A stretch of 64,000 nucleotides of DNA from Bacteroidia bacterium (GCA_025059535.1 JANXCX010000006.1:10913-74912), one strand, 5' to 3'; counted from the first letter of the stretch, positions 7,709 through 18,051 are shown. Notes: generated by a model not told the origin, from the sequence alone. Made by a program: numbers and translations.

Positions 7709-10318
7709 ATGGAGAAAAACTATACGGCCTTGCCAGTGGAAGCCCGCTGGCGAGCCGTGTGGGAAAGCCATAACCTTTACCGGAGCCTTCCCGATGGCCG
7801 GCTAGCCTACGCTATCGTCATGCCGCCCCCCAACGTAACTGGCATCCTCCACATAGGCCACGTGCTCAATAATACGATTCAGGACGTTCTGGCGCGCTAC
7901 TATCGCCTCAAGGGCTACAATGTCTGCTGGGTGCCAGGGACTGACCATGCCTCCATCGCCACCGAAGCTAAAGTAGTAGCTCGCCTCACGCAGGCGGGCT
8001 TAGACAAGCGTCAGCTAGGGCGGGAAAAATTCCTGGAAAAAGCCTGGGAATGGACGCATGAGCATGCGCAGATTATTGTCACCCAGCTCAAGCGTCTGGG
8101 CGTGAGCGCCGACTGGAGCCGGTACCGCTTTACTTTAGACCCGCCTCTCTACCGCGCCGTACTGAAGGCCTTTGTGCGCCTTTATCACGATGGCCTAATC
8201 TACCGGGGCAAGCGCCTCATCCACTGGGACCCCGTAGCGCTCACAGCCCTCTCCGATGAAGAAGTCATTTACAAAGAGCGGCTGGACAACCTCTACTATG
8301 TGCGTTACCCCTTGGAAGGAGGGGGCTACCTCGTAGTGGCCACCGCCCGGCCAGAAACTATCCTGGCCGATGTAGCCGTAGCGGTACATCCAGCCGATGA
8401 ACGCTATCAGAACCTTATAGGCCGCCGGGTGCGCGTACCCCTTACCGACCGCTGGGTACCTATTATCGCCGATGAGGCCGTTGATCCCGAATTTGGTACG
8501 GGTTGTCTAAAAGTTACTCCAGCGCACGACCCAAAGGACTATGAAATAGGCCAGCGCCATGGGCTTCCAATTATTGATATTTTCACTCCTGAGGCCCACC
8601 TTTCTGAAATAGCGGGCAGGTATGCAGGCCTTTCCCGCGAGACGGCACGTACCCGACTGGTGGAAGATCTGGCTCGGGAGGGCTTACTGGAGCAAGTAGT
8701 CCCTTACCCGCACAAAGTAGGCCATTCGGAGCGTACGGATGCAATTATAGAGCCGCGCCTTTCTGAGCAGTGGTTTGTTCGGATGAAGCCCTTGGCTGAG
8801 CTAGCCTTGCGCGCCGTAGAAAAGGGCGAAATCACGCTTGTGCCTGAGCGCTTCTTAGGCACTTACCAGCACTGGCTGGAACAGGTGCGAGACTGGTGCA
8901 TCTCGCGGCAGCTCTGGTGGGGCCATCGTATCCCAGCCTGGTATGCGCCAGATGGGAAGGTATTTGTGGCCCTTACGGCGGAAGAGGCCCAGGCCCAAGC
9001 CCAAGCCGCCGGCTACGACCCGACCACCCTCCGCCAAGACGAAGATGTCTTAGATACCTGGTTCTCCTCTTGGCTCTGGCCACTTAGCGTATTTGATTTC
9101 TTTGAAGACCCTAAAAATTCGGATTTCACCTACTACTACCCCACGCAGGTTCTCGTTACGGCGCCAGAAATCCTCTTTTTCTGGGTGGCGCGCATGATTA
9201 TGGCGGGGTACTATTTTGCGGGGCGAAAGCCTTTCTCAGTGGTGTATCTTCATGGAATTGTCCGCGATAGGCAGCGCCGCAAGATGAGTAAATCCTTGGG
9301 CAATTCGCCTGACCCGCTGGAACTTATGGACCGCTATGGCACGGATGCCCTACGGCTAGGCATCCTCCTTAGCGCCCCCGCCGGCAACGACCTCCTTTTT
9401 GACGAAAGCCTCTGCGAGCAGGGCCGCAACTTCTGTAACAAGCTATGGAATAGCTTCCGCCTAATAGCGAGTTGGAAGGAAAAAGCCCATGAGGGGGCCC
9501 CTACCCCCCTTCAGCAGACGGCCTTTGCCTGGTTCTCGGCACGCCTACGCCAGCTTCAGGCCCAAGTAGAGGCCCTTTTAGCCAGCTACCGCTTCTACGA
9601 AGCGGCCCATGAGTTGTACCACGGAATTTGGGAGGACTTTTGCAGCTGGTATTTGGAAGCCCTCAAGCCGGCTCCCCCCAGAAGCCTCTTAGGCCCCATA
9701 GAAGCCCAGGCCCTTCGCCTTCTTCAGCTCCTTCACCCCTTCGTACCTTTTATCACGGAGGAGTTATGGCATCAGCGTACGGGGGCTCCACCCGAGGAAA
9801 GTATCGGTTTTACTGCCCTACCTACAGCCGAACCGCTAACCCCAGAGGAAACTACGCTCCTTACGCAGGTAGCCCATGCCCAGCGCGTGATTACGCGTCT
9901 GCGCGGCCTGCGGCAAACCTTTGGGCTCTCGGGTCCCCTTCAAGTGGCCGTGCAAACCCCCTCGCCCCACTCAAATGCCCTCGTCGCCGAATGGGCCCGC
10001 CACTTCCTGCCCATCCAGAGCTGGACCTATGTGGATAAACCCCTCCCCCAAGCCTTGCGCTTCGTTCTCCAGCAGGAAGCCTACTACATCCGCCTGGAGG
10101 GGATGCCCACCGAATGGACTACCCTCCGAGAAAAACTTCAAAAGGAACTGGCCCAAGTAGAGAATTTTCTCCGTACAATTGAGGCAAAACTCTCCAATCC
10201 CGCCTTTCTCAATCGCGCCGCCCCCGAAATTGTGGCCCGCGAGGAGAAAAAGTACGCCGACGTGCGAGCACGCCACCAGCTTTTGTTAGAGCAATTAGCC
10301 GTAATGGAAAGCCTATGA
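7709..10318 (+). CDS. valS: Valine--tRNA ligase
   Basis: PPPNVTGILHIGH, DWCISRQLWWGHRIP, KMSKS, C-terminal coiled coil. Confidence 0.98.
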   Translation: MEKNYTALPVEARWRAVWESHNLYRSLPDGRLAYAIVMPPPNVTGILHIGHVLNNTIQDVLARYYRLKGYNVCWVPGTDHASIATEAKVVARLTQAGLDKRQLGREKFLEKAWEWTHEHAQIIVTQLKRLGVSADWSRYRFTLDPPLYRAVLKAFVRLYHDGLIYRGKRLIHWDPVALTALSDEEVIYKERLDNLYYVRYPLEGGGYLVVATARPETILADVAVAVHPADERYQNLIGRRVRVPLTDRWVPIIADEAVDPEFGTGCLKVTPAHDPKDYEIGQRHGLPIIDIFTPEAHLSEIAGRYAGLSRETARTRLVEDLAREGLLEQVVPYPHKVGHSERTDAIIEPRLSEQWFVRMKPLAELALRAVEKGEITLVPERFLGTYQHWLEQVRDWCISRQLWWGHRIPAWYAPDGKVFVALTAEEAQAQAQAAGYDPTTLRQDEDVLDTWFSSWLWPLSVFDFFEDPKNSDFTYYYPTQVLVTAPEILFFWVARMIMAGYYFAGRKPFSVVYLHGIVRDRQRRKMSKSLGNSPDPLELMDRYGTDALRLGILLSAPAGNDLLFDESLCEQGRNFCNKLWNSFRLIASWKEKAHEGAPTPLQQTAFAWFSARLRQLQAQVEALLASYRFYEAAHELYHGIWEDFCSWYLEALKPAPPRSLLGPIEAQALRLLQLLHPFVPFITEELWHQRTGAPPEESIGFTALPTAEPLTPEETTLLTQVAHAQRVITRLRGLRQTFGLSGPLQVAVQTPSPHSNALVAEWARHFLPIQSWTYVDKPLPQALRFVLQQEAYYIRLEGMPTEWTTLREKLQKELAQVENFLRTIEAKLSNPAFLNRAAPEIVAREEKKYADVRARHQLLLEQLAVMESL

Positions 10319-11520
10319 GCATTTTGCACGCGACGACGGGATTGGATTTAGATGATACGGCGGTAGGCTATGCCTATCGCTCCACGGCAGATTTACGCCT
10401 GGCGTATTGGCTTTTTCGGCTACTGCGGTGGGGTTGGGTGGTACGCTGGGCCAATTGGAGTGGGGCTAAGGCCCTAAGCTGGCGCCTGCCAGTAGAACCC
10501 CTTCTGCGCTCTACCCTCGGACGACTCTTTCTGGGCGGCGAAACTTTAGAAGCTACCCTACCTATTCTGGCTAATCTTCGGCAGTTTGGCGTGGAAGCTA
10601 TGTTAGACTTTGCCGTAGAGGCTGCCCAGACGGAAAAGGAAGCCGAAATGGCCTTCCAAGAGTACCAAAGGCTTTTACGCTTTGCCAGTCAGCACCGGGA
10701 GCAAGTACCTTTTGTGGCTATCAAGCTCACGGCCCTTGCTCCGCCCCTCCTTTTCCAAAAGCTCAGTCAGGAGGCGCCTTTAGCCTCTACCCTGGAAGCC
10801 TTTCACAGTAAGCTGCAGGAGCGTTTGGAGGCGCTTTGCCAGCAGGCCACCGCCGCTGGGATTGGCCTTATGATAGATGCGGAGGAAAGTTGGCTCCAAA
10901 AAGCGATAGATACCATAGCCGAAACCTATATGGCGCGCTACAATACGCAGTTCCCTTGGATTTACACCAGCGTCCAGATGTATCGACGGGACCGATTGGA
11001 TTACCTCAAGGGCCTTTTGGCGCGAGCAGGAAATTACCTACCGGGCATTAAGCTTGTGCGCGGCGCCTATGTGGAGAAAGAGCGGGCCTATGCGGCGGCC
11101 CACAATCAGCCTGACCCTATCCACCCCACAAAAGCCGCTACCGATATAGCCTATGACGCGGCTCTAATGTACTGTTTAGAACGACTGGATCACTTAGGCC
11201 TCTGTGTGGCTACCCATAACCGCACCAGCTGCATGAAAGCCGCCCAGTACCTAATCCTAAAGAATTGGGATCGTCGGCACCCCCATTTTTCTTTTTCCCA
11301 GCTGTATGGTATGGCGGATCCCCTCTCGTTTGGCCTGGCTAAGGGCGGCTTCCGGGTAATCAAGTACCTACCTTATGGACCTTTACGGCAAGCCTTCCCC
11401 TACCTCGCTCGGCGGGCGGAGGAGAATTCCAGCCTCTCCGACCAGAGCGGCCGTGAGCTTCGGTGGATAGCCGCGGAATTGGAACGCCGCCGACAAGCCG
11501 CTAAAAGACTTTATCCCTGA
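10315..11520 (+). CDS. Monofunctional proline dehydrogenase
   Basis: IDAEESW, GIKLVRGAY, VATHN, QLYGM, KYLPYGP, YL.RRAEEN. Confidence 0.93.
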   Translation: MSILHATTGLDLDDTAVGYAYRSTADLRLAYWLFRLLRWGWVVRWANWSGAKALSWRLPVEPLLRSTLGRLFLGGETLEATLPILANLRQFGVEAMLDFAVEAAQTEKEAEMAFQEYQRLLRFASQHREQVPFVAIKLTALAPPLLFQKLSQEAPLASTLEAFHSKLQERLEALCQQATAAGIGLMIDAEESWLQKAIDTIAETYMARYNTQFPWIYTSVQMYRRDRLDYLKGLLARAGNYLPGIKLVRGAYVEKERAYAAAHNQPDPIHPTKAATDIAYDAALMYCLERLDHLGLCVATHNRTSCMKAAQYLILKNWDRRHPHFSFSQLYGMADPLSFGLAKGGFRVIKYLPYGPLRQAFPYLARRAEENSSLSDQSGRELRWIAAELERRRQAAKRLYP

Positions 11521-11531
11521 AGCCTCTCCCC

Positions 11532-12962
11532 TTAGCGGTCGTCGCGCGTAAAGCCTATAGTTTGGTCATCCCGAAAGATAAACGCCCCGCCGCTGCCAAA
11601 GCGGTGAAAGGCCTCCGTTTCGCCCGTAGCCGCCGCCCGTGCCCGCAAAAGAAAAGCCCGCCAGTTCCGATTCTGAAGCTCCCCAATTTTATTGGAGTGA
11701 AGCAGCGGATACTCCCCCGTGATTAGGTCGGGATCATAGAAAACGAAGATAACCGAGCTCTGCGCGCCAATCTGGTTATATACCCATATTTGGTAGGGGT
11801 ATTTGTCGGGCTCGTTGAAGTAGAACTGCATGTCGTTAGGCGGGCCGTACTGAATGAATACCCGCCCGCGGTCGGTACGCCAGCCCGGCCGAATAGAAGA
11901 CTTGAAGTGCTGCCGAGCATACTCAAAGCGCTGCCGAAATTCTTGAAAGGAAAGGCTACCGGGCCGCTCAGCCCGCTTCTTCCAAAAGGCTACAAAGTAG
12001 ACCTTCTTTTCGGCGAAGCTCTTCAGGGTCTTTTGGAAGCTGCGCTCGGTGGGGGTAGCTAAGTAATAAAGGCCTTCTAAGTACTCATCCAGCAGCTTTT
12101 CGGGGAAGCCGTATTGGCTATCGTATTCGGCTTCGCTGGCTTGGGGCAGAGGCTCTCGGGTAGTGAAAAGATGAAAGCGGCGATACCAGCTGGCAAGCAC
12201 TTCGCCGGTATTACGGCATAGCTCTATTTGCGTTAGGTAGATGCCAGAGGAAAGCTGGGCTACGGGGAGGGTAAAGGTAAAGGCCTCAAATGGGCCGGGT
12301 CGGCGAGGGCGCCGCTGGAAGGTAAAGCCCGGCACGTCTGCGCCAGTTTGCGCATCCACAAGACGCAGGCGCAAGTAGTAGGGCTCCCCACCTATCAGGC
12401 TATCCACGTGGTAGATTTCCCCATACAGCCGGAGCGTGTCGGGGTCTGTGAAAAACCCATTAGTTATCCACAGGTCTAAGTTGAGTCCGTGCCGCTCATA
12501 GCCTTTGGGGGTGGAAGCCTGTCCCCCGCGCGCATACAGCAGATCGCTGTAGCCAAAGCCAGCCGATTTAGCTGGCACCTCAAACTGTGTAACCGCCTTA
12601 ACCTTCTGCGGACGCGGCAGCTGGTGGGGATCCATCCCCTCTACTTCCAAGGTATAGACTCCCTGGGGCAGGCGCAGCCGTCGCACATCCACATACAGCC
12701 GCTGGCGCTCCGGCGCCATCGTATCTCGCACGACAGGGAGGATAAAGCGAAATTTATCCGCATACACCGCTTCATCCAGCTGATTTTTGAGAAGGAGCAG
12801 AAAATCTACTTGGGCCTTGTAGCCGTCGCCCTCAGGGACATAGCGCACGCTTGTAGCATCTACGCCTAAGAAAAGCTCCACATAGGGCTCCCCTTCTAGG
12901 GTAAAGAAGCGTACGGGCTCCACGTAAAAGAGAACTTGGAGCCAGAAGAGGGCTGCCAGCAT
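11532..12962 (-). CDS. GWxTD domain protein
   Basis: PGWRTDRGRVFIQYGPP, YQIWVY. Confidence 0.9.
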   Translation of the reverse strand: MLAALFWLQVLFYVEPVRFFTLEGEPYVELFLGVDATSVRYVPEGDGYKAQVDFLLLLKNQLDEAVYADKFRFILPVVRDTMAPERQRLYVDVRRLRLPQGVYTLEVEGMDPHQLPRPQKVKAVTQFEVPAKSAGFGYSDLLYARGGQASTPKGYERHGLNLDLWITNGFFTDPDTLRLYGEIYHVDSLIGGEPYYLRLRLVDAQTGADVPGFTFQRRPRRPGPFEAFTFTLPVAQLSSGIYLTQIELCRNTGEVLASWYRRFHLFTTREPLPQASEAEYDSQYGFPEKLLDEYLEGLYYLATPTERSFQKTLKSFAEKKVYFVAFWKKRAERPGSLSFQEFRQRFEYARQHFKSSIRPGWRTDRGRVFIQYGPPNDMQFYFNEPDKYPYQIWVYNQIGAQSSVIFVFYDPDLITGEYPLLHSNKIGELQNRNWRAFLLRARAAATGETEAFHRFGSGGAFIFRDDQTIGFTRDDR

Positions 12963-12966
12963 TTAG

Positions 12967-12974
12967 CAAAGATA
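12967..12974 (-). promoter_or_regulatory. -7 promoter box for the GWxTD gene
   Basis: Minus TATCTTTG-CTAA-ATG. Confidence 0.75.
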
Positions 12975-12975
12975 C

Positions 12976-13812
12976 CTAACGGTTTGCTTTACGCCACAGC
13001 CAGAAGCCCAAGCCGAAGGTGAGGAGCCATACGCCTAATTCGGTCCAGCTCATCGTAGCCCGCCAGCCGAGGAGGGCATGAAAAATTCCGCCCAGCCAGC
13101 CTTTATGATGGAGAAGGGGATAGTAGAGCCCTTCGTGGAAGGTGTAGGCCCAAGCGTAAGCCTTAGGAGGCCCAGAAGTAGGGGGAAAAAGGGTCCAAGC
13201 CTTTGCTTCCTCTAAAGCCTCAGCCCAGGCCCAGTGGCTGGAAAGAAGCTCTAAAAGTTCATGAGCCCCGTAGGCTGCCATCCCTGCAGCCATAAGAAGC
13301 AGCAAAACGGAGGTAACGCGGAAAAATGGCCGCAGAGGCACGCGCCGCCCATAGAGAAAAAGGGAAAGGCCTAGAAGTACCGCTACCAAAAGCCCGACAA
13401 TTCCACCTACCCAGGAGAGGCTTTGTTGCATCTGCCAAAGAGCCCGCAGGAAAATCGCCGTTTCTAAGCCTTCCCGCAGCACGGCAAATAGGCTGGTGCC
13501 GAAAAGGAGCCAGCCTTCTGTAACCTGGGCCGCAGTCTGCAGCTCTTGGCGCAGGGTACCGCTGCGCCTTTGCATCCAAACCACCATAGAAACAAGAAGC
13601 CCCGCCGCACTAAAGGAGAGACCTATTTCCCACAGTATGTGAGCGGAGGCCAGTCTATGTAAGACCCATGCGCCTGCTATACTCAATACAACGGCGCTGC
13701 CCACGCCCGCCCATATGAAGCTACGCAGTGAGGGCGCCGCATACCGAGCTAAGATGCCTACTACGAGCGCCGCTTCCAGCGTCTCGCGAAACGTCACAAA
13801 CCCCTCACCCAT
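12976..13812 (-). CDS. FTR1/EfeU family iron permease
   Basis: Two RExxE motifs (FRETLEA, LREGLET), about 7 TM helices. Confidence 0.92.
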   Translation of the reverse strand: MGEGFVTFRETLEAALVVGILARYAAPSLRSFIWAGVGSAVVLSIAGAWVLHRLASAHILWEIGLSFSAAGLLVSMVVWMQRRSGTLRQELQTAAQVTEGWLLFGTSLFAVLREGLETAIFLRALWQMQQSLSWVGGIVGLLVAVLLGLSLFLYGRRVPLRPFFRVTSVLLLLMAAGMAAYGAHELLELLSSHWAWAEALEEAKAWTLFPPTSGPPKAYAWAYTFHEGLYYPLLHHKGWLGGIFHALLGWRATMSWTELGVWLLTFGLGFWLWRKANR

Positions 13813-13816
13813 TTAG

Positions 13817-13847
13817 CAAAGGTAACTAATTTGGAATGAATACAAAC
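13817..13847 (-). promoter_or_regulatory. -7 box (13817-13824) plus adjacent imperfect palindrome, a candidate iron-responsive operator (13829-13847)
   Basis: Minus TACCTTTG-CTAA-ATG; ATTTGGAATGAATACAAAC is an AT-rich imperfect inverted repeat. Confidence 0.55.
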
Positions 13848-15895
13848 TACGGCCTAGTGCCGACCCGCTCCATAAAGCGCTCTACCTCCAAAAAGACTCT
13901 ATAGCGGTAGCCGCCTAAGCCGTGATTTTGATTAGGGAAGATGCGCCATTCAACAGGGGCATCGGGCTGCGCGCGCCACAGCCGCTCTAAAAAGCGGTAG
14001 GTATGCTGGACATGCACATTATCGTCGGCCTCGCCATGGATAAGAAGAAGGGGTACGCGCAAAGGCTTATCGGAAGGGGGAAGGGCGGTGCGGAGATAGC
14101 CTTCTGAATTGGCGCTAAGAAGGTCCATGAAGCGTTCGGTGTAGGCCGTGTCGTAGAGGCGCCAGTCGGTCACAGGGGCTACGGCTATCGCCGCACGCAA
14201 GCCCTCTGGCGCTAAGAAGGCCAGCCGTATCGCCAAATAGCCGCCATAGCTCCAGCCGAAAGCCACCACCGGCCCACTATAGGGCTGCGACCTAAGCCAG
14301 CGAACAAATTCGGCTAGCTCTTGGGCTTCCGCCTCGCCCAGCCGACGGTAGGTAGCAAAGCGCTCCGCTGGATAGAGGGCCGTGCCTATCCCATCCATGC
14401 AGGCTACCAAAAAGCCCTTCTGAGCTAAGTAGGCATACCAGGCGAGGAAGGTCCCATTAAAAGCCTCCTTAACCTGCTGCGAGCCCGGACCGCCATAAAA
14501 AGTAAGGAGGATCGGGTGCGGGCGAGTGGAGTCCCACCGCTCGGGCCCGGCTAAGTAGGCCCAGCGTCGCTTCCCCGCCGAAGTGGCAAACTCCATGAAG
14601 CGCACCTGAATGGGAAGCCTTTGGCGGCGCAGGTCGGCATTTAGGTCGGGAAGCGGGAAGCGCTGCATGGGCTGGCGCGCGGCGCGCAGCTCCTCCTGAG
14701 GCGGCGTCAGGAAAGTACTATACCGCAGGTGAAGCACTTCCCCCATCAGCTCCCCCTCCGCCCAGCCCTCCGCCGGGGTAAGCCACTCCACGCGCCTTTT
14801 GGGGAGATACAGGTAGCCCACGCGCTGGTCCTTAGGCGTCTGCCCCGCCGCATGAAAGAATACTTTATCCCCCACAAACCCAATCAGGCTTCGCAAACCG
14901 GGTACATTATAAGTGCCTAAGCGCCGGCCCTTATAGTCTAACCGCCAGAGCTCTACGGTAGGGCGCCCCGCCGCCCGATAAATCAGCTCCGGCCGATCCT
15001 CGGCAAAAACTACAAGCTGCCGATCATCCCACGTGAAATATCCCTCCGTAGAGTCAGAGAAGAAAGGCGCTACGCCTTCTTCGGGGGTATACTTATAAAG
15101 CGTGAAGCGGTTCTGCGTACGAACCAGATGGGTAAAGTAGAGTTCATCCCCCATGGGGCTCCAGCTAAACCAGGGTATATAGCCGCCTGTCGTGTCCTGC
15201 CAGAGGTATTCTATAGTGCGAGTGGGAAGGTGAAGTAGGCCGAGGGCTACTTTAGGATTAGGCTCACCTACGCGCGGGTAGCTAATTTTCTGAAGGGCTG
15301 GGTAGCCGGCGCCATAAAACAGAAGCGGATAGGTAGGCAGCGAGGTACCGTCTAAGAGTAGGAAGGCCACATAGGTACCTGAGGGCGAAATGGCAAAGGC
15401 CTGCGTAAAGCTAAATTCCTCCTCGTACAGCCAGTCGGTTGTGCCAGCCTGTTTGGGGGCCGTGTAGCGGGTGAGGGTATCCCAAGCGCCTTTACTTAGG
15501 GTGTAGGCGTAGAGGTTATGGTCGTCGGCGGCGAGGAGGGTGGTGCCATCGGGGGTAAAAGCGGCCTCCCGCCAGCGCTGGCCAGGTAAGCGGTGGGTTT
15601 GCGGGCCTTCCTGCCATACCAGCCTACCGGCGCTGGAGTGGCGAAAGCCCCGCTGAAGCTCTTCCCAAAAAACCCAGCCGCGTCCAGCTGGATTGGGTAG
15701 CCAGCGGTGTAGGGGCCCTGACCGTCCCAGCGTTTCTGGCTTGAGAGTGGGACCTACTTTTAGGAGCCAGCCCTCGGGGGCCTGCGCATACCAGCCCCCC
15801 GACCCCCGCATGCCCTCCCACTGCACCGCCTGATAGCCATACCGCTGCCAGATACCCGCCAAATCCAAAACCTGAAACCACCATACACCCCACAT
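13847..15895 (-). CDS. S9B dipeptidyl peptidase IV family
   Basis: DWLYEEEF, YGGPGSQ, GWSYGG, YDTAYTER, HGEADDNVH; start placed 4 nt after TACTTTTG (15900-15907). Confidence 0.93.
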   Translation of the reverse strand: MWGVWWFQVLDLAGIWQRYGYQAVQWEGMRGSGGWYAQAPEGWLLKVGPTLKPETLGRSGPLHRWLPNPAGRGWVFWEELQRGFRHSSAGRLVWQEGPQTHRLPGQRWREAAFTPDGTTLLAADDHNLYAYTLSKGAWDTLTRYTAPKQAGTTDWLYEEEFSFTQAFAISPSGTYVAFLLLDGTSLPTYPLLFYGAGYPALQKISYPRVGEPNPKVALGLLHLPTRTIEYLWQDTTGGYIPWFSWSPMGDELYFTHLVRTQNRFTLYKYTPEEGVAPFFSDSTEGYFTWDDRQLVVFAEDRPELIYRAAGRPTVELWRLDYKGRRLGTYNVPGLRSLIGFVGDKVFFHAAGQTPKDQRVGYLYLPKRRVEWLTPAEGWAEGELMGEVLHLRYSTFLTPPQEELRAARQPMQRFPLPDLNADLRRQRLPIQVRFMEFATSAGKRRWAYLAGPERWDSTRPHPILLTFYGGPGSQQVKEAFNGTFLAWYAYLAQKGFLVACMDGIGTALYPAERFATYRRLGEAEAQELAEFVRWLRSQPYSGPVVAFGWSYGGYLAIRLAFLAPEGLRAAIAVAPVTDWRLYDTAYTERFMDLLSANSEGYLRTALPPSDKPLRVPLLLIHGEADDNVHVQHTYRFLERLWRAQPDAPVEWRIFPNQNHGLGGYRYRVFLEVERFMERVGTRP

Positions 15896-15991
15896 GCCCC
15901 AAAAGTACGGCTCAGCCCCCTTTTTCCACGGCTTATGCCATTTTTTCTTACCCAAGCCTACTACCTTTACGCACCGAGGCTAAGTAGTTTA

Positions 15992-15999
15992 TACCTTTG
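15992..15999 (+). promoter_or_regulatory. -7 promoter box for the T9SS cargo gene
   Basis: TACCTTTG-CTAA-ATG. Confidence 0.75.
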
Positions 16000-16003
16000 C
16001 TAA

Positions 16004-18031
16004 ATGCGAGGCATACAGACGGTTGGGCTGTTTTGCCTGGGCTTCCTACTGGCTCAGCCGCATCGCCCTGAGTCTGACTGCAGTGGGGCTATCCGAATCT
16101 GCCGAGATGTCTATGCCTATCCCGGCGGAATTCCCTCCTACGGGACGGTGCAGGAGTTGAGTGGGGGAAGAGGTACGTGCCTTGTAGGCGGAGAGCACCA
16201 GACAGCCTGGTTCATTTTTACCGTCCAGCGAAGCGGTACGATGGGGTTTGTTATCTGTCCTGCAGCTGGTTGGGGCGCACGCGACTATGACTTTGCCCTC
16301 TGGGATGTTACCGACCTTCCAAACCCCTGCAGTATCTTTCAAGGCGCAGGTCCGCTTTCCGTTCTACCTATTCGGTGCAACTTCTCTGGCGATCAGGGGG
16401 AAACCTCCTGCTGCGGTGGCATTACCTGTGCTAATCCAGGCCTTACCGGATTAGATCACACTAATGTGGATCCCGCTCCTATTTCCTACAATGCAGGTCA
16501 AGACCCTGTCATGCCTGGCTTACCGGTTCAGCGCGGGCGTACCTATCTCCTGCTAGTGGATAACTTTAGCAATAATAACGTGGGTTTCACGATAAGGTTT
16601 TATGGCACGGCAGATTACATTGACAACCGACCGCCGGAGATGGACAGCGTGCTTTTTACCTGCAGCCCCTTATATGAGAGCCAGCTGCCGCTTCTGGAGC
16701 GCTTTCGCGTCCGATTCAATGAAGTAATAAATCCCACTACGGTAGCGCAGGATGGGAGCGACTTTAAGCTTTTGGAGGAGGGTACGGGCAACGTGATAGC
16801 CTTTACGCGTGCAGTGCCTATTAACCCCCCTCAGACGCGCTTTGTGGACCTTGTGCCGGCTCAGCCGCTGCGGCCCGCCCAGCGCTATAAGCTTCTTGTA
16901 AGCTACCGAGGCGAAAACCCCACCGATGGAAATACTATCCTAGATGGCTGCGGTAATGCCATACCGCCTGGTGGGGCTACTACAGCGGGCGATACGTTGG
17001 AATTTGAGACGCCCGATACGATGGGGATAGAGATTACGACGCAACCGCCGCGCTGTCCGCGCACAGCCACCGGCGTAATCCAAGTAAATGTGAGCGGGAG
17101 CAGTGGGCCGTATGAGTATGCCATAGTGGCTGGGAATAGCGGGGCGCCGCCGGCGGCCGGCTGGGGCCCTACCACCAGCTGGAACGACCGCACCGCTGGC
17201 ACCTACACCATATGGATACGAAATAGGTTTGGCTGCGTGCAGCGGCGCGTAGTAGAGCTTGCAGACCCTCAGCCCGTGCGGCTTACGGTGGTAGACTCCC
17301 AGTACGTGGCCTGTGGGGGCGAGCCCATAGGTTTTGTGCAGGGCCGGGCCGAAGGAGGTACGCCCCCCTACTTTTACGGCCTTTCCCCTGCGCCAGGCGA
17401 CACGACCTGGCAGCGCGATAGCGTCTTCCGCAACCTGGGCACAGGCCAGTACCAGCTTTTTGCCCGAGACCAGTTCGGCTGCCTAAGCCCACCCCACAGC
17501 TTCCGGATAGATATTTATCCGCCCGTACGGCTGGTAGCGGTAGATATGGATTCGGCCTATTGCAATGACCCTACGGGCCGCCTGCGTGTGCAAGCTACGG
17601 GAGGCATTGGCGCCCCTTACACCTATACCCTGAATGGCACCTCTAATACCACTGGAGACTTTCCCGGCTTACCCGCGGGTAGCCATCGCCTCACTATCCA
17701 GAGCGGCCCTTGCCAAGGAGATACCACTCTCCAAGTAGGACGCTTACCCTGCGTATTTGTGAATGTTCCTACGGCTTTTACCCCAAATGGCGATGGCATC
17801 AATGACCAGTGGGTAATCAGCGGACGGGGGGTTCAGCGCATAGAGGTTACCGTATGGGACCGCTGGGGCAATCAAATCTGGAGCAATAACGGCGAAATGA
17901 CGCGCTTTTGGGATGGCACGACGAAAAGCGGTCAGGCAGTTCCCGAAGGCGTCTATAGCTTCCTTCTGCGCATTGTAGATGTGCGAGGCCAAGAGATGGT
18001 TCGGACGGGCACGGTTACTATTCTCCGTTAG
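16004..18031 (+). CDS. T9SS type-B CTD (gliding motility-associated C-terminal domain) surface protein with SprB-like repeats
   Basis: PTAFTPNGDGIND, WDRWG, WDG, G.VTILR C-terminus; GGTPPY-type repeats; Cys-rich N-domain. Confidence 0.9.
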   Translation: MRGIQTVGLFCLGFLLAQPHRPESDCSGAIRICRDVYAYPGGIPSYGTVQELSGGRGTCLVGGEHQTAWFIFTVQRSGTMGFVICPAAGWGARDYDFALWDVTDLPNPCSIFQGAGPLSVLPIRCNFSGDQGETSCCGGITCANPGLTGLDHTNVDPAPISYNAGQDPVMPGLPVQRGRTYLLLVDNFSNNNVGFTIRFYGTADYIDNRPPEMDSVLFTCSPLYESQLPLLERFRVRFNEVINPTTVAQDGSDFKLLEEGTGNVIAFTRAVPINPPQTRFVDLVPAQPLRPAQRYKLLVSYRGENPTDGNTILDGCGNAIPPGGATTAGDTLEFETPDTMGIEITTQPPRCPRTATGVIQVNVSGSSGPYEYAIVAGNSGAPPAAGWGPTTSWNDRTAGTYTIWIRNRFGCVQRRVVELADPQPVRLTVVDSQYVACGGEPIGFVQGRAEGGTPPYFYGLSPAPGDTTWQRDSVFRNLGTGQYQLFARDQFGCLSPPHSFRIDIYPPVRLVAVDMDSAYCNDPTGRLRVQATGGIGAPYTYTLNGTSNTTGDFPGLPAGSHRLTIQSGPCQGDTTLQVGRLPCVFVNVPTAFTPNGDGINDQWVISGRGVQRIEVTVWDRWGNQIWSNNGEMTRFWDGTTKSGQAVPEGVYSFLLRIVDVRGQEMVRTGTVTILR

Positions 18032-18051
18032 GCTTTCTACCTTTGCGGCCT

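Noticed and set aside
12464-12472. Perfect DnaA box TTATCCACA (also TGTGGATAA at 10030 and TTTTCCACA at 25382)
   Set aside because: Isolated, inside coding sequence, with no cluster or adjacent dnaA/unwinding region; no support for oriC
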